A stretch of DNA of 64,000 nucleotides from Utricularia gibba (taxonomy: Eukaryota; Plantae; Magnoliophyta). Position numbers and translations under genes: made by a program. Of this stretch, positions 52,555 to 64,000 are shown one piece after another (position 1 is the stretch's first letter; each line of letters starts with the position of its first letter). The stretch lies in contig NEEC01000018.1 of the NCBI GenBank assembly GCA_002189035.1, forward strand, positions 1,302,001 through 1,366,000, in the 5' to 3' direction. A model generated the notes under the pieces. That model saw only the letters and a list, made by a program, of their open reading frames with translations. It made no database searches and had not been told where the DNA came from.

Positions 52555-53400
52555 CTAGGGATCAGGTAGCAGAACCGCTTTGATCGAGAGGGGTGGATGC
52601 ATATTGTCTACGAGGAAAGTGGTGATGGGGGTCGACGCAGGCGGAACAGAAAAGACTAGACTACATCTGAGAATGGCCTTGCCTTGTTCTGAAATAACCA
52701 GAAGCTCTGAAAACTTTGGAGGCATCGAGGAATCACCAGCATTTCTTGGATGGAAATGCATATGATCACACCCAGCACCTTTCTTTAGAGTTGTAATGGG
52801 TTTGAATCACAATCGTACAGTTTTGAATCCGTTCGGAATATTTGGAATCAAGAAACCACAATTTAGATTCATGTGAAATCGATGAAACCAATAGTTCGAA
52901 ATCAGTGAACTGTCATATTTATGTGCTTCCAAAAACATCCACATGAATTGTTATAAATGTCTAAAAATGATTACATGTATTATTAATAATTGTTATGGAT
53001 ATTTAAAAATAATAATATATATTCATGTGGATGTAAGATAAACATTCTCTATTTTTCAGGATCATTTCTAAACATACTTAATAATCATTATAGCAGCCCC
53101 AAATCATTTGATTCTAGTGTCGATTCGATTTAATGTTTATTCTAGTTTTGAACCGAAATCATATGATTCGGTTCGGTTCAAGATTTAAAAATTGAATTTC
53201 GAATCTAAACTATAATCGAAATCGATAATGAATTGTAATTTAATAACCGATGGTTCAAAAAAATTGTTAGATTCCAAATCAAAACCAATCAATTCTACAA
53301 CTCTACCCTTCTTGCACCAGCCATTTGAATTGTAAGGGCAAACTTCCCCTGCTATAGTTTGTGCCACCGGTCCAATAGCCTTGGTTCTGGGCCTTTTAAT
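52555..53400 (-). pseudogene. CCCH zinc-finger gene fragment interrupted by a hAT MITE
   Basis: Removing 52786-53305 plus one TSD joins AQTIAGEVCPYNSNGWCKKG to AGCDHMHFHPRN.. in frame, giving C-x7-C-x5-C-x3-H with the conserved Y, G and G. No ATG lies in frame upstream. Confidence 0.62.
52786..53305. mobile_element. hAT-superfamily MITE, 520 bp
   Basis: TIRs TAGAGTTGTA (52786-52795) and TACAACTCTA (53296-53305). 8-bp TSD CCTTTCTT (52778-52785) / CCCTTCTT (53306-53313), 7/8 identical. Subterminal TTCGA/TTCGG repeats. An 8-bp TSD is established for hAT elements. Confidence 0.82.
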
Positions 53401-53505
53401 TAACTCCTATGTTGGCTTCTTTAAGTAAGCCCATATGATGATGGGCCTGTTTCTGTTTTAAAACCATACTACAGCATTCGCTAAGCCCAACTGAAGCCCA
53501 GCCCA
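53388..53505. promoter_or_regulatory. Cluster of six site II (TGGGCY/RGCCCA) elements
   Basis: TGGGCC 53388 and 53442; AGCCCA 53428, 53484, 53495 and 53500. Confidence 0.55.
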
Positions 53506-53647
53506 TAATTATTCAACCACATGAGGGGTAACTAATATTTACTTGGTCCAACTTGGAAACAACACACAATGCTCGATTAACCACAAAGGCTGTTCCGGGT
53601 TGAATTCAGCCAGACACCTTTGAGTGATAGATACAGCAGTTACCAGA

Positions 53648-55937
53648 TCATCCCTTCAAGGAGTATTTCTTCCCGGTGAAAGCTTGGAATTTGGGCTCTT
53701 CGGCCTTTGGAGGCTCCGGCTTCGCCTCCTTTGAAGCATCCTGCAGCCACAAAAGACATGGGGTATAGACAGAGGTCGATGGCACTGAGATAAAAAAGTT
53801 TCCAAATGACGGAACCTTCTGAGGTTCTCCAGTTCTGTTAGCGTTAGAACCAAACACAAGCTTTCCCTGGCTCTTGCGGTTGGTACTTTGTGAGCTGGAA
53901 CTGGAGGGCGCAGATGTGGCAGCAGTGGATCCATTTGGTTTCTTGTCATGGGTAGAGGGCAGTGGTAAAGAGGATGCAGTCGATGGTTTACCGTCTAAGC
54001 GCCGCCCCACGCCCATGAAGGGGTTAAATTTTGGTTCTGCTTCTACAGGAGGTTCCTGGACTGAGCAAGCAACCAGGATTTGTTAGGTCGTCGTCATTCA
54101 TGAAGAACACATGATTTGAACAATAAATATTCAAATGAGGATAAACCAGACCTTCAGCCGGTGCTTTGCCATTAGGCCTTGATGCTGTAGGTTTTTCAGG
54201 TTCCTTGTAATCAAGAGGAGGAGCAAAGTCCACCTCACAATCAGTCTCTATAATACTGATCCCACTAGAAGGTTTTGTCTCAACGATGTCTATGTAATAC
54301 TTTTTGTTATTGTAAGCCACCATTATACTATCTCCCGTTGTCAGACATGAAAAGTTCCTCAATGTTGTCTCCAAGCTGCGAGAGAGTTGGAGAGTTATCA
54401 AACTTAGACAAGTAATAATGAATCTACGGGATATCAGAGGAGGCACAACATCACAAGCGCCAGATAATGTAGAAACTAATTCAAATGCACCAGGTAAAAC
54501 ATGAACAAATTATGTACTAGAATAGGAAGTTTCTAGGGTGCTCACATAGCCTTGGGGTTAGAAATATCCAAGAAATCTTTGGTGTGTGGCTGCAATTTAA
54601 CGTATGTACCCTTGGGAAGGGTGACATTTTTGACTCGCACAAAATCTCCTTCTTGCAACAACAGATTCTCCATCATCTAAAAACATGGAAGACAAGGTTA
54701 GGCAATTGTCATAAAACAGGCATGGAATTTCAGGTTATTATTTACTACCCAATACGGCATATATATCAACCCTTCTTCAGCAATAAACTCCAGAACACCA
54801 CAATGAGACATGCGCTCAGCACCATCATTCCGAAGCTCAAACAGCATTGGGTAATCGATATGCAGGGATGCTGTATCAAACGAAGACCCAAGAGTAAGTT
54901 AATGGTGTAAATCAGAATAAAGGAAGAAACATGTGTGTAGAATGACTTGCCAAGACGGTCCAGTGCCGAAGGAGGCATTATAACTGCATGAATTTCCCAA
55001 GATAGCCAGAGAGAGAAAAAAAAGTGTTTAACATAATTTTGAAAAAAAACTTCCACAATGGAAAATAGAATGCTGCCTACCTTTGTCACCATTTTCGATT
55101 TGTGCCTGAAAATAAGACACACACCAGATTAGAGCTTCTTAAAATTTACGTAGGATTTAGAAGCAGTTAACCTAAACTAGCTACCATGTCATTTTGTATC
55201 CAAACTGGCAAAATGGAAATGCAACAAAGCTTGCTAGAAGCACATATTATTGTGCGCCAGATTGCTTACATTGTATAGCTTGAAATGACTATAAGTAAAG
55301 ATTACAGAATGACCAGCCAGATGAAGCCTTCTAACCTTGTCAATGAAAGATGCAGGGTAACATCTATATGTTTGCTCAAAAGATGCTCCATGGTATCCAT
55401 ATCCATCGAAAAACTGAAAAGAAAAAAGTTCAAGAAAGATCAGAACATGTGAAACATGTCACAGGAAGAAAATTCGCGTCTCTCAATAAACAAAACGCAC
55501 CAACAGTACCTAAAAATGAAAAGTAAAGTTCCCTACAGAAAAAAAAGGACGAGTGCAATCAAGCTTTACAGATAAGCAATCTTGTCTCAGCAAAAGGTTT
55601 TCCTACGAACACTACCGACTGTTTTTCAATCAACGGCTACCTTCCAGAAGGAACAACGGCTGAGCAACATTACAATCGAAAAAAGCACAAAAATTTCAAA
55701 TTGCACGTGATTTCAATAACGCAACAACATCCAAATAAATACGATAATCTTCAAACAAGCCAAAATAGCACGAGGAGGCACGTTTCATTCTGCATAAACC
55801 CCTAACCCCACTATTGTCGCTTGATTTCCCCATTGCAACGGAAATTTTACGCAAAACAACATAGCAATCCGCATCGTGATGAGGTTTTTGGCATAAAAAA
55901 TAAATACATATATCAGCATCAAAATCACGCATACCAT
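53648..55937 (-). CDS. UFD1: Ubiquitin fusion degradation protein 1
   Basis: ATG-only first coding exon (55937-55935, GT donor), then [26 protein letters not shown]|AQIENGDK|[11 protein letters not shown]|[25 protein letters not shown]..|..[12 protein letters not shown]..|..[15 protein letters not shown].., ending [13 protein letters not shown] with TGA at 53648-53650. Confidence 0.96.
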
Positions 55938-56265
55938 CTTCGTTGTGTTCCGGTGACGGGAAAACACGGCCAAGGCCTTCAACTGCAACCACGAAAAAAA
56001 AACAATACTGAAGATTGATTAATTCAATCAAAAGCCCATAAAACGATTGGAATCAATATATCACCACTTTCAGATCTGCCCAGAATTCCAAGGGAAGAGA
56101 ACTGGAGTACCTTGGAGTTGGACTTGAATCGGAACAACTCCGTAGAAAGGACGCGCAAGGCACGGAATCCCAAGGCAGCCGAATTACAACTAAAGGCGAA
56201 AAAGCTGATAAAAAAAAAAGAAAAGAAAAAACAAAATAATTGAGGCCACTCACTGGACGTACAAA

Positions 56266-56296
56266 TGGGCCGGAACCCAATTATGGGCCAGCCCAA
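56266..56296. promoter_or_regulatory. Site II elements upstream of UFD1
   Basis: TGGGCC at about 56266 and 56284, AGCCCA at about 56290; also AGCCCA near 56033. Confidence 0.5.
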
Positions 56297-57168
56297 AGAT
56301 TTACCCATTAATTATTTTTAATACGAATATATATATTAAATTTATTATTAAAAAAACACATTATTTTTATATTAAATTCTATAATGATTTAAAAAATTAG
56401 ATTTTATAATATTATTATACGAAATATACTTATATCATCAAAATTGAATATATTTACATAATTTTAAAATTGATTTTATTCTATATAAACTAAAGTACAA
56501 ATTCAAAATATAGAACATGCATATAATATATACATAATTTTTAAAATATTATTTATCTTGAAAAGTATTATTTAATATAATCTATCTTAAATATACGATA
56601 TATATTTGTTTACCATACTAGAATTCTTTTAACAAACATATTTCATATTTAAATCTTTAATTTTATTTTAAATCATATAATTAATTTTTTAAAAAAAAAA
56701 ACTAAGTATAGCCCTTCATTATATATCAGTTTTTATATTAAGAAATGTAATTTTATTACCATCATCATAGTATGATGTCACATGACTGATGTCAACTTTA
56801 GGGATGACGTGGCGCACGTGATGCCTTTGGTACTGAGTGGTACTATTACATTCTAGATTCTATCGGGTATTTATATTGTTACACGGACACGTGTCACTGG
56901 ACTGGCGTTTCACTGAAAAGAAAAGGATCTGGTGAAGAACATGGATTGCAGGAAACATCTGGTGTCCAACGCAAGCAAATACAGGAAGGGATCACTCTGA
57001 AACCAGGAGCAACAGCAAGGGAGATGATAGCATACAGTTGAATGAAGTAAACTCCAATCCTCACACACTTTCTACACCAACTGTTTTTTTTTTTTTTTTT
57101 TGAAGAGAAGCTCATGATTTCAAATCTAACTTCAGTTCTGAAAAACAAAAAAGAGAGAGATGCTTCAT

Positions 57169-58295
57169 TCAGGGGCGGGGAACTGCCGGCGGTGTGAAGA
57201 ATCCAAGCTTGGGGTGGGGTAAAGTGGTGGGATGAGGCGGGAAGGTAATTTTGGGAAACGGAGGAAGTGGGTGTGGGGAGATTTTTGGAAATGGCGGTTT
57301 CGTGATTTTTGGGAATGGGGGAAATGGGTGTGGAGGGAAGATTTTGGGGAATGGGGGAAGCGGGTGTGGGGAGAGTTTTGGAAATGGTGGTTTCGTGATT
57401 TTAGGGAATGGGGGCAATGGGTGTGCAGGGAAGATTTTGGGGAATGGGGGAAGTGGGTGATGGAATGGGAACGGCGGCGGTTTGTAGGTCGGGGTCGGAG
57501 GCTTGTAGATCGGCGTCGGAGGTTTGTAGATCGGAGTCGGCGGCTTGTAGGCCGGAGTCGGAGGTTTGTAGATCGGGGTTGGGGGCTTGTAGGCCGGAGT
57601 CGGCGGTTTGTAGACTGGCGGTTTGGGCACCGGTGGTTTGTAAAGCGGCGGGTGATGCAACCAGCCCTGCAAAGGGGGCAGAGGAAGCTTCGGGAGAGGT
57701 GGGTGTTTGAAATAAGGCCACAAGAATTTGGAATTGCATGATGCGGATGAGAATTTAAGGTTTCCAGTGGGTGCAAACGTCACTTTCCCGTTTTCCAAGG
57801 ACTTGGAAACAATTTTCACGGCGGCGGCGCAGGGCGCAGCGGCGGCGTTATGGAGTCGAGCGAAGCAGTCGTATTTCAGTTTGCCGCCGTCTACAACTTC
57901 TTTGGGAAGCGCAACTCTGAATCCCCCGCTTTCTTCCAATTCTCCGGCGCCGAAAGTCGTCACCTTCCCGTCGGAAAGCTTACACTCAACGCTCACATGT
58001 AAACCTGCATGGCAGCACACGTCCGTCAATAATCTGAGTTACCCAAATTGACAGAAACGTCACCGCCATTACACACTTCCGATGCCACTGAAATGTGATA
58101 AAGACACAGTTAGTTGTCAGGGCATGACATAAAGTAGTAGTTACCGGCAAAGGCCTGGCTGGTCTGGAAGTTGTTAGAGACGCAGTCTGCGCACTCGGCG
58201 GCGCCGGTGACCTCAAGCGCCGCCATGTTGGCGAGGCAGAAGCTAAGAGGTGCAAGGAGTAAGGAGAGGAAGAGCATGCTATGAAGAATCCCCAT
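57169..58295 (-). CDS. Proline-rich cell-wall protein with a Pollen Ole e 1 domain (PRP2/PRP4-like), 2 exons
   Basis: Signal peptide MGILHSMLFLSLLLAPLSFCLA, Ole e 1 motif VTGAAECADC..G|LHVSVECK, intron 58144-58005, then KPP(V/T)(P/Y) and PPFPK repeats; TGA 57169-57171. Confidence 0.93.
57245..57646 (-). repeat. Coding repeats of the PRP: 21-nt KPPTP(A/I)Y array (57481-57646) and PPFPK/HP modules (57245-57460)
   Basis: A 21-nt periodicity is visible in 57481-57646. The repeats also explain the spurious antisense ORFs in this interval. Confidence 0.9.
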
Positions 58296-59972
58296 TGGGA
58301 CCTCTTCCTCGTGGAGCTGGTTCAGGAAGCTATACCAGAAGGAAGTATATATAACAAGTAGGTGATTCCCTCTCTGAATCTGTATGGAATTCTCAAGAGC
58401 CGACAGAAGACTTAAATGTCATCACATGAGAGGTTAGATTTAGCTCACTGCCAAAGAATAAAACCAAAGGGATGAAAATACAGAGGAAAGCAATTACAGA
58501 GAGCTTAGCTGCACCAATTCAGCTAATCTCCGATGTTTTAACTTTGAAGTCATAACAAGATTTGACGTACAACCATACAACATCAAGTTTATTGTTCAGG
58601 TTATCGACATGCAGATATTACCAGAAGGTAACGGAGGAGTTACCATGAAGATAAATAACTCTACACCATTACCTTTTTCTGGGTGTTGAAGTAAATGATG
58701 GTGTCTTTAGAGACGAAGGGTAAGCGTGTGTTCCCGAACCCGGTGAATCCAACCTGTAATAGAGAACACAACCCCACCACTAAACTTGAAGACGTAAATT
58801 TACCCATCTATCTCACTGGTGTAAATTCAGATGTTGACCTAAGCAACCATTGGTACATCAACAGAAACTAGGTGAGAACATGATAACTACCGCATTCAAA
58901 CTTACCGCATTTGAGCTGTGGGAACTAAGTGGCTGGATCGGTAACAACATACAACTCTAGCCAACAACATGTGCATGGGTAGGTACAGGGAGGAGGTGTT
59001 TATATGCATACATACAAATGCAGTTGGCAGTTGGAATGCGAACCATTGTTCAGAGAAAGGTTTTGAGAGTTTGAATCCCCACTCGCGAACCAAAAGAAAC
59101 AGCAAGTTGTGAATTGTGTGTACATTCAGAAGATTCCAGAGCATACTACCAAAAAATCCAACGACAACAGAGAGTATTTTAGAGATTCCAACACTGTGCA
59201 TACTATGTGAACCTGTGTGTCCCCTGTTCACCAACTTTAGCGGAATGCAGTTGAGATCAAGTAGGAAAGATGATGGGCTTCCATGTGCACCACCTACATA
59301 GTTTTGATGCAATGATCTGATTAACAACACTGAAAATGAAATGCGTCAACTGCCACGTGGTCCTAATCCCCTTGTCATCATCTGACAACAAAAGCACTTT
59401 TTTACACCCACCAAACATCCTGGTTTCCTTGAAAAACATTTATAGCATATAGAAAAAGCTCATCATCTTACAGCACGGAAACCAATGTAAACAACAAAGA
59501 GATACAAGATGTAAAAATAGAATCACATCCATTCTGAAAGTTTAGTCCAAATAAAATACCCAGGCTAGCTGCGGATATTATTCTTTCCGCTCAAGTCCAC
59601 ACGCACAGAGGGAAGATGATTCATACGTGGCTAAATACCATCAACGCAGTCCTCCAGTCTGGCAGTAGAGTGCCATGAACCATACGGACGGTGGGAATTA
59701 AAGACATGCCTTTATTTGGTGACAAATTGAGTCTAGCAAAGATTTCCTGGTGCAGGACAGGGCAACTTCACAAATATACCGTTTTAAAAATCCATTTTTA
59801 ATTATTTTTTTGGACAATGATTTATTTCTAATGAGGTTGATAGTGAAAAAACCATCTTGAGAGCCATTAAGTATTCAACCATAATACAAAAACTAGTTGT
59901 CCCTTGCAAGGATTGAAGCAAAATATGAGATACAGCATACAGTAAATTTGCTCAATGCCATCTCTAATGCAT

Positions 59973-62279
59973 TCAGTTCCCATGAATTGTATAACGCTCC
60001 CATTTCTTCGTTGGATCGTAAATCTGTGTGAGGGGGAAAACAAGGGTAAAAGTGACTCTGTTAGTGCTCTGCCCAAAGATAAGAAGCTGATTTTCCATGA
60101 GAGAGGATGAGGGTACCTCCCATCTGGAAGCAGGAAAAATGTGTTTGTTCTTCTCATACCAGTGCCTCTCGACGACTTTTCCAGCATGTGACTGTTAACG
60201 ACAATAGAGAAAAATGTTTCAAGGGGAATATGCAAGATGTAAAAGACTTTATGCAAATGAAATAATAAGATTCGAATGAATACATTCGGTCCTAACCTCG
60301 TCTTTCTCTATTGTGGCATCAGCAATTGTTCGAACATCCTCATGAACATCGAAGTGGAAAAGCTAATGCAACAGAAAACGCAATGACAATATTAATAAAT
60401 ATCTGAGGTAAACATGTTGAGTAAATTTCTTAAAGTGAACACAAACTGAAAGTGAATTGAGAATTGGAAACTCAAGTGAGCCTTAGAAAAGGACATACCG
60501 GCCCACTTTTACCTCTGGCCTTGTTCACAATAAGTTCATAGAAGCTGTGTTGCTGCACAGACAAAAATAACCACCTTATTACAAAAAATTTTCCTTAGCC
60601 ATTAACTGTATACATTGTTCCTAAAATAGGAGAGTGGGAAGTGAATAAGGCGGTCACAAAAGAATAGAGATCTTACATGTGGAATAATAAGGTCTTCCTT
60701 TACATAAAGTAGATTATCCACTGACGTAGTCCGCACTTCCCTAAATTCTGGAGCAAGCTGCTGCTGAACAGCTCGCAGGAACTCCCCGATTGTATCACCT
60801 TTCCGAGCCTAAGGAGAGGAGCCAACGATATTTGTAAAAAGTAATCCATGAGTACGCTAAAACTGGATGAAAAGACACATTTATGCTTATTGGATAAGCA
60901 TGAACCTGAATCACACGTCGATGACCAGTACCATCCCAATAACTGTATGTGATTTCCAGAGGTTCATCTTCAAAGATACAAGGAGAAAACGATAAAATAA
61001 GAAAGCTGCATGATAAAAAAATTAAGCTGATTAGCACAAAGAATTCTGGAGCATACTTTTGATTTGTTCTTGCTCCCGAAGCCACTGTTTTCGCAGCCTT
61101 TCACATTCAGCTTTTTCCTCTGCCTCCCGCTCACTGTAAGAGTGTGCTTCAAACCACAAATCCCAAAACATGTGACTAGGGCAAAATTATGAGAATCAAC
61201 GTATTACAACTGAAAGGGGAAAAAGGAGAGATCTCACACCTATCAGGTAAAAAGCTGGTCTCTACGGTTGGATCTTTTCCATATTTTCCAAATTTTCGAC
61301 GTCCAAGAGATTCAGGCTCCTCTATAGGATTTGACAAGGATATAAAGTATAATAGGTTAAAAAGCAATTTATCCCATATGAGAAGTCACAAGACTAAGGA
61401 AACCTAATGTGAAAGTATTGAGCATGAAAATTTAAACAGATGCATACTGCGGTCCTCATCATCCTCTTCATTAACATTGTCAAAATCATCCGAGAATGAA
61501 AGACGAGGATCTGCCTTTATTTTCCGTTTTTTCAGTTTCTGCAGCTGAAGCTCCTCTTCCCTGCAAATTAAAGTTTAGCAACACTACAGCGTAAACAATA
61601 AAAAGGAAATTTGTTACCAAAATAAACATAAAAAAGCTCACTGTTGCTGCAATTTCAGGAGCTTTTCCTTCTCTTCCTCCTCAACTTTGGTCTTAATATT
61701 CACCCTCTGCCGGAAGAAAAGCATTCTGAGACAACTCGTATGTGAAAAAGAATAACTTGGCATATAGACTTGGCCAGAGCAACAGCACACCATACCTTCT
61801 CAACGTACTGCTCTCTGGTCACCAACCCAACAGTTTCCTTTTTGAAAGCTGTCTCTAAAATCTAGCAATTGTCAAAAGAACATCAATCAAAAAATCGGCT
61901 GGGTAACGCAGGCCCATCCAGTTGAAGGAACAGCGAATAATAAATTAACTGATTTCTCCAGTATCACACTTCCAACAAGGAACGAAATTTTCGATAAAGC
62001 AAAGATAAGTGAATAGATTTCGCGGAAATAATTGTTTGGAAAGGCATTCTCTCAATCTTTCGAGCAAAGACAACTTCAAAGAAAAAAAATAAAATTGATG
62101 GTGAATACCTCAGACGTGCTGGAGCCAAATTGAAGGAGACCAGCTTGCCCTTTCGACGATGCGGTTTTGTTTTTGAGTTCTTCAATTTTCCGCCGCTCGG
62201 CTTCTCTCTGCTTCTCCAGCCGCCGTATACGAACGGCATCCTGCGCCGTGCCTACATAACCGTCCCCCATGCCGGCCAT
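59973..62279 (-). CDS. XCT: XAP5 CIRCADIAN TIMEKEEPER (XAP5/FAM50 family), multi-exon
   Basis: [110 protein letters not shown]|[25 protein letters not shown]|[16 protein letters not shown]; TGA 59973-59975. Confidence 0.96.
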
Positions 62280-62596
62280 GACTGCACCAAGGATTTTCCG
62301 TCAGTCGCACCAAATGAGATAAATTAGGGTTCCCAAAAAAAGAATTCAGGGGGAGAACAGTTCCCAGTAGAATCCGTTGTCCGCCCTTCAGTATGAGGCA
62401 TTAGTCACAGTTATATACTAATTAAAATTTTTAAAACGAGCGCGTGTGTTACACTTCCGCTTTACGCGGCTGGGACATTATTGGAGTTTAGATGGCAGTT
62501 ATGAAAATGGAATGCCATCTCAAATTTGGATTTGGGCTCCGATCTCGGGAGTTCCGATAGCCTACTTCAGGCAGCCACCGTAGAAATATCCTAAAT

Positions 62597-64000
62597 ATGG
62601 CGGTGGTTTCGTCTTCTGTCGGAGGCGCTACTATTTCAAGCCAGTTCATTCAATTCTCAGGTCTCCGGAAGTCACTTCTTAAGCTCTACAGCTCCAATTC
62701 CACCTCTACTCAATCGTTACTCTTAAACGTTCATTCGCATGTGCGCCTCGCCTCAGCTGTGAAAGGGTGCGGTGGTGTTGCAACCATGGCTGGCTTTGGA
62801 AAGGTCACTCGCATTTTCCAACTTTTGGGAAATAATTAAGAATTGCTTACTCGAAATATCTTTGAAGAATTGAAGATTTTCAATTCTGATTCTACTTCTC
62901 TTCGTATTGCAGTTTATCGTTGGTGGAAATTGGAAATGTGTAAGTATTGGTTTTGATTAATAGTTTCTCTTTCTGTGTGCCAGAAGAAAGGAACTGAACT
63001 TTTTTCTGGTGTGGGGTATTCTTACACCGTTGTAGTTGATGTTTTTCCATATTCTTGGAATGCATGTGCGATGATACACAGAATGGAACCAAAGAGTCCA
63101 TCAGCAAGCTTGTCTCTGAGCTGATCAACGCGGCGTTGGAATCTGATGTTGGGTTAGTTGTCTGCTAGGTGGCCCATTTTCTTTAGTTCTGCATATTTTT
63201 GGAGGTGACATTTTCGATAGCTGTAGAATCTCATTTTTTAATCGTTAACCATGACAGGTGTTGTTGTAGCACTTCCCTTTGTCTTCATTGATCAAGCAAA
63301 CAGCTCACTAACTAGTAAGATTGAAGTAGCTGCTCAGAATTGTTGGACCGGAAAGGGTGGCGCATTTGCTGGAGAAATTAGGTTCGTCCATCAGAGTGCC
63401 ACTCTTGTTTCAATGCTGTAGTTGGAAATTATGACGAACAAAGAGAAACTCTGCATGAGCAGTGTCGAACAAATAATAGATCTTGGATGCAGCTGGGTTG
63501 TTGTGGGGCACTCCGAGAGGAGCATATCATCGCAGAAGATGATCAAGTGGGGAAATATGCTTTTATCTTTCATCCTTTGTTTTTCTTTTTATCATTCGGT
63601 GAAAGTTAAAAAATCTTTTTAATTCTTGCTGCATGTGCTGTTTTGAATACTTGATCGTCACCTGTAATTAAATTCACAGTTCATTGGTAGGAAGGCTTCT
63701 TATGTCTTGAGCCAAGGTCTAGGAAGCATAGCTTGCATTGGAGAGTTGCTTGAAGAGAGAGAAGCTGGGAAAACTTTTGAAGTCTGTTACCAGCAACTGA
63801 GAGCATATGCTGGTATATTTATTAAGTATGACCCCACTTTCCGCATTGGTGAAATTATTACTGCCGGTTCATACTATAGGGATTGTCTTTTCTTTCTTTG
63901 TTCTGAATGTACTAATCCGTGTGAATTTTTCACTCATTTACCTTTATAAAGATGCGGTTCCAAGTTGGGATAAGATTGTGATAGCCTGTGAGCCAGTTTG
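62597..64000 (+). pseudogene. TPI: Plastid triosephosphate isomerase, 3'-truncated by the window; carries frame/splice lesions and conserved-site substitutions (possible pseudogene)
   Basis: Transit peptide, then GK|FIVGGNWKC|NGTKESISKLV..|..AQNCWTGKGGAFAGEIS|VEQ..GHSER..|FIGRK..ACIGELLEEREAGKT|DAVPSWDKIVIACEPVW. TPI identity is certain; pseudogene status is inferred. Confidence 0.6.

Noticed and set aside
57232-57741. Plus-strand ORFs of 69-169 aa rich in Trp, Gly and Arg
   Set aside because: They are antisense shadows of the PRP coding repeats.
58600-59460. Candidate C/D-box snoRNAs and short ORFs between PRP and XCT
   Set aside because: C and D boxes did not pair at plausible spacing with terminal stems, and the ORFs lack recognisable motifs.

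Overview
This is a gene-dense eudicot plant nuclear window: AT-rich intergenic DNA, mostly short spliceosomal introns, and about 18 recognisable protein-coding loci. In order: gamma-COP (5'-truncated), BTB/POZ protein, NFD6-like small mitochondrial protein, mitochondrial RPL27, subfamily-XII (CIB/BEE-type) bHLH, Sec14-nodulin PITP, S1 bZIP with its sucrose-control uORF, an unidentified 148-aa ORF, eIF6, RING protein, Y3SK2 dehydrin, BEL1-like homeodomain, V-ATPase subunit a, xylulose/ribulose kinase XK-1, class-A GATA factor, UFD1, Ole-e-1/proline-rich protein, XAP5/XCT and plastid TPI (3'-truncated). Several MITEs and tandem repeats lie between genes. There is no rRNA, tRNA or CRISPR signal. 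Main observations: (1) a 520-bp hAT-type MITE with an 8-bp TSD sits inside a CCCH zinc finger, and excising it in silico restores the frame and a canonical C-x7-C-x5-C-x3-H motif; (2) five recognisable genes carry frame-disrupting lesions, which could be consensus indel errors or real decay; (3) TPI also has substitutions at normally invariant residues, which favours real pseudogenisation of that copy. All gene models were built by eye from splice signals and recalled family motifs; no searches were run.
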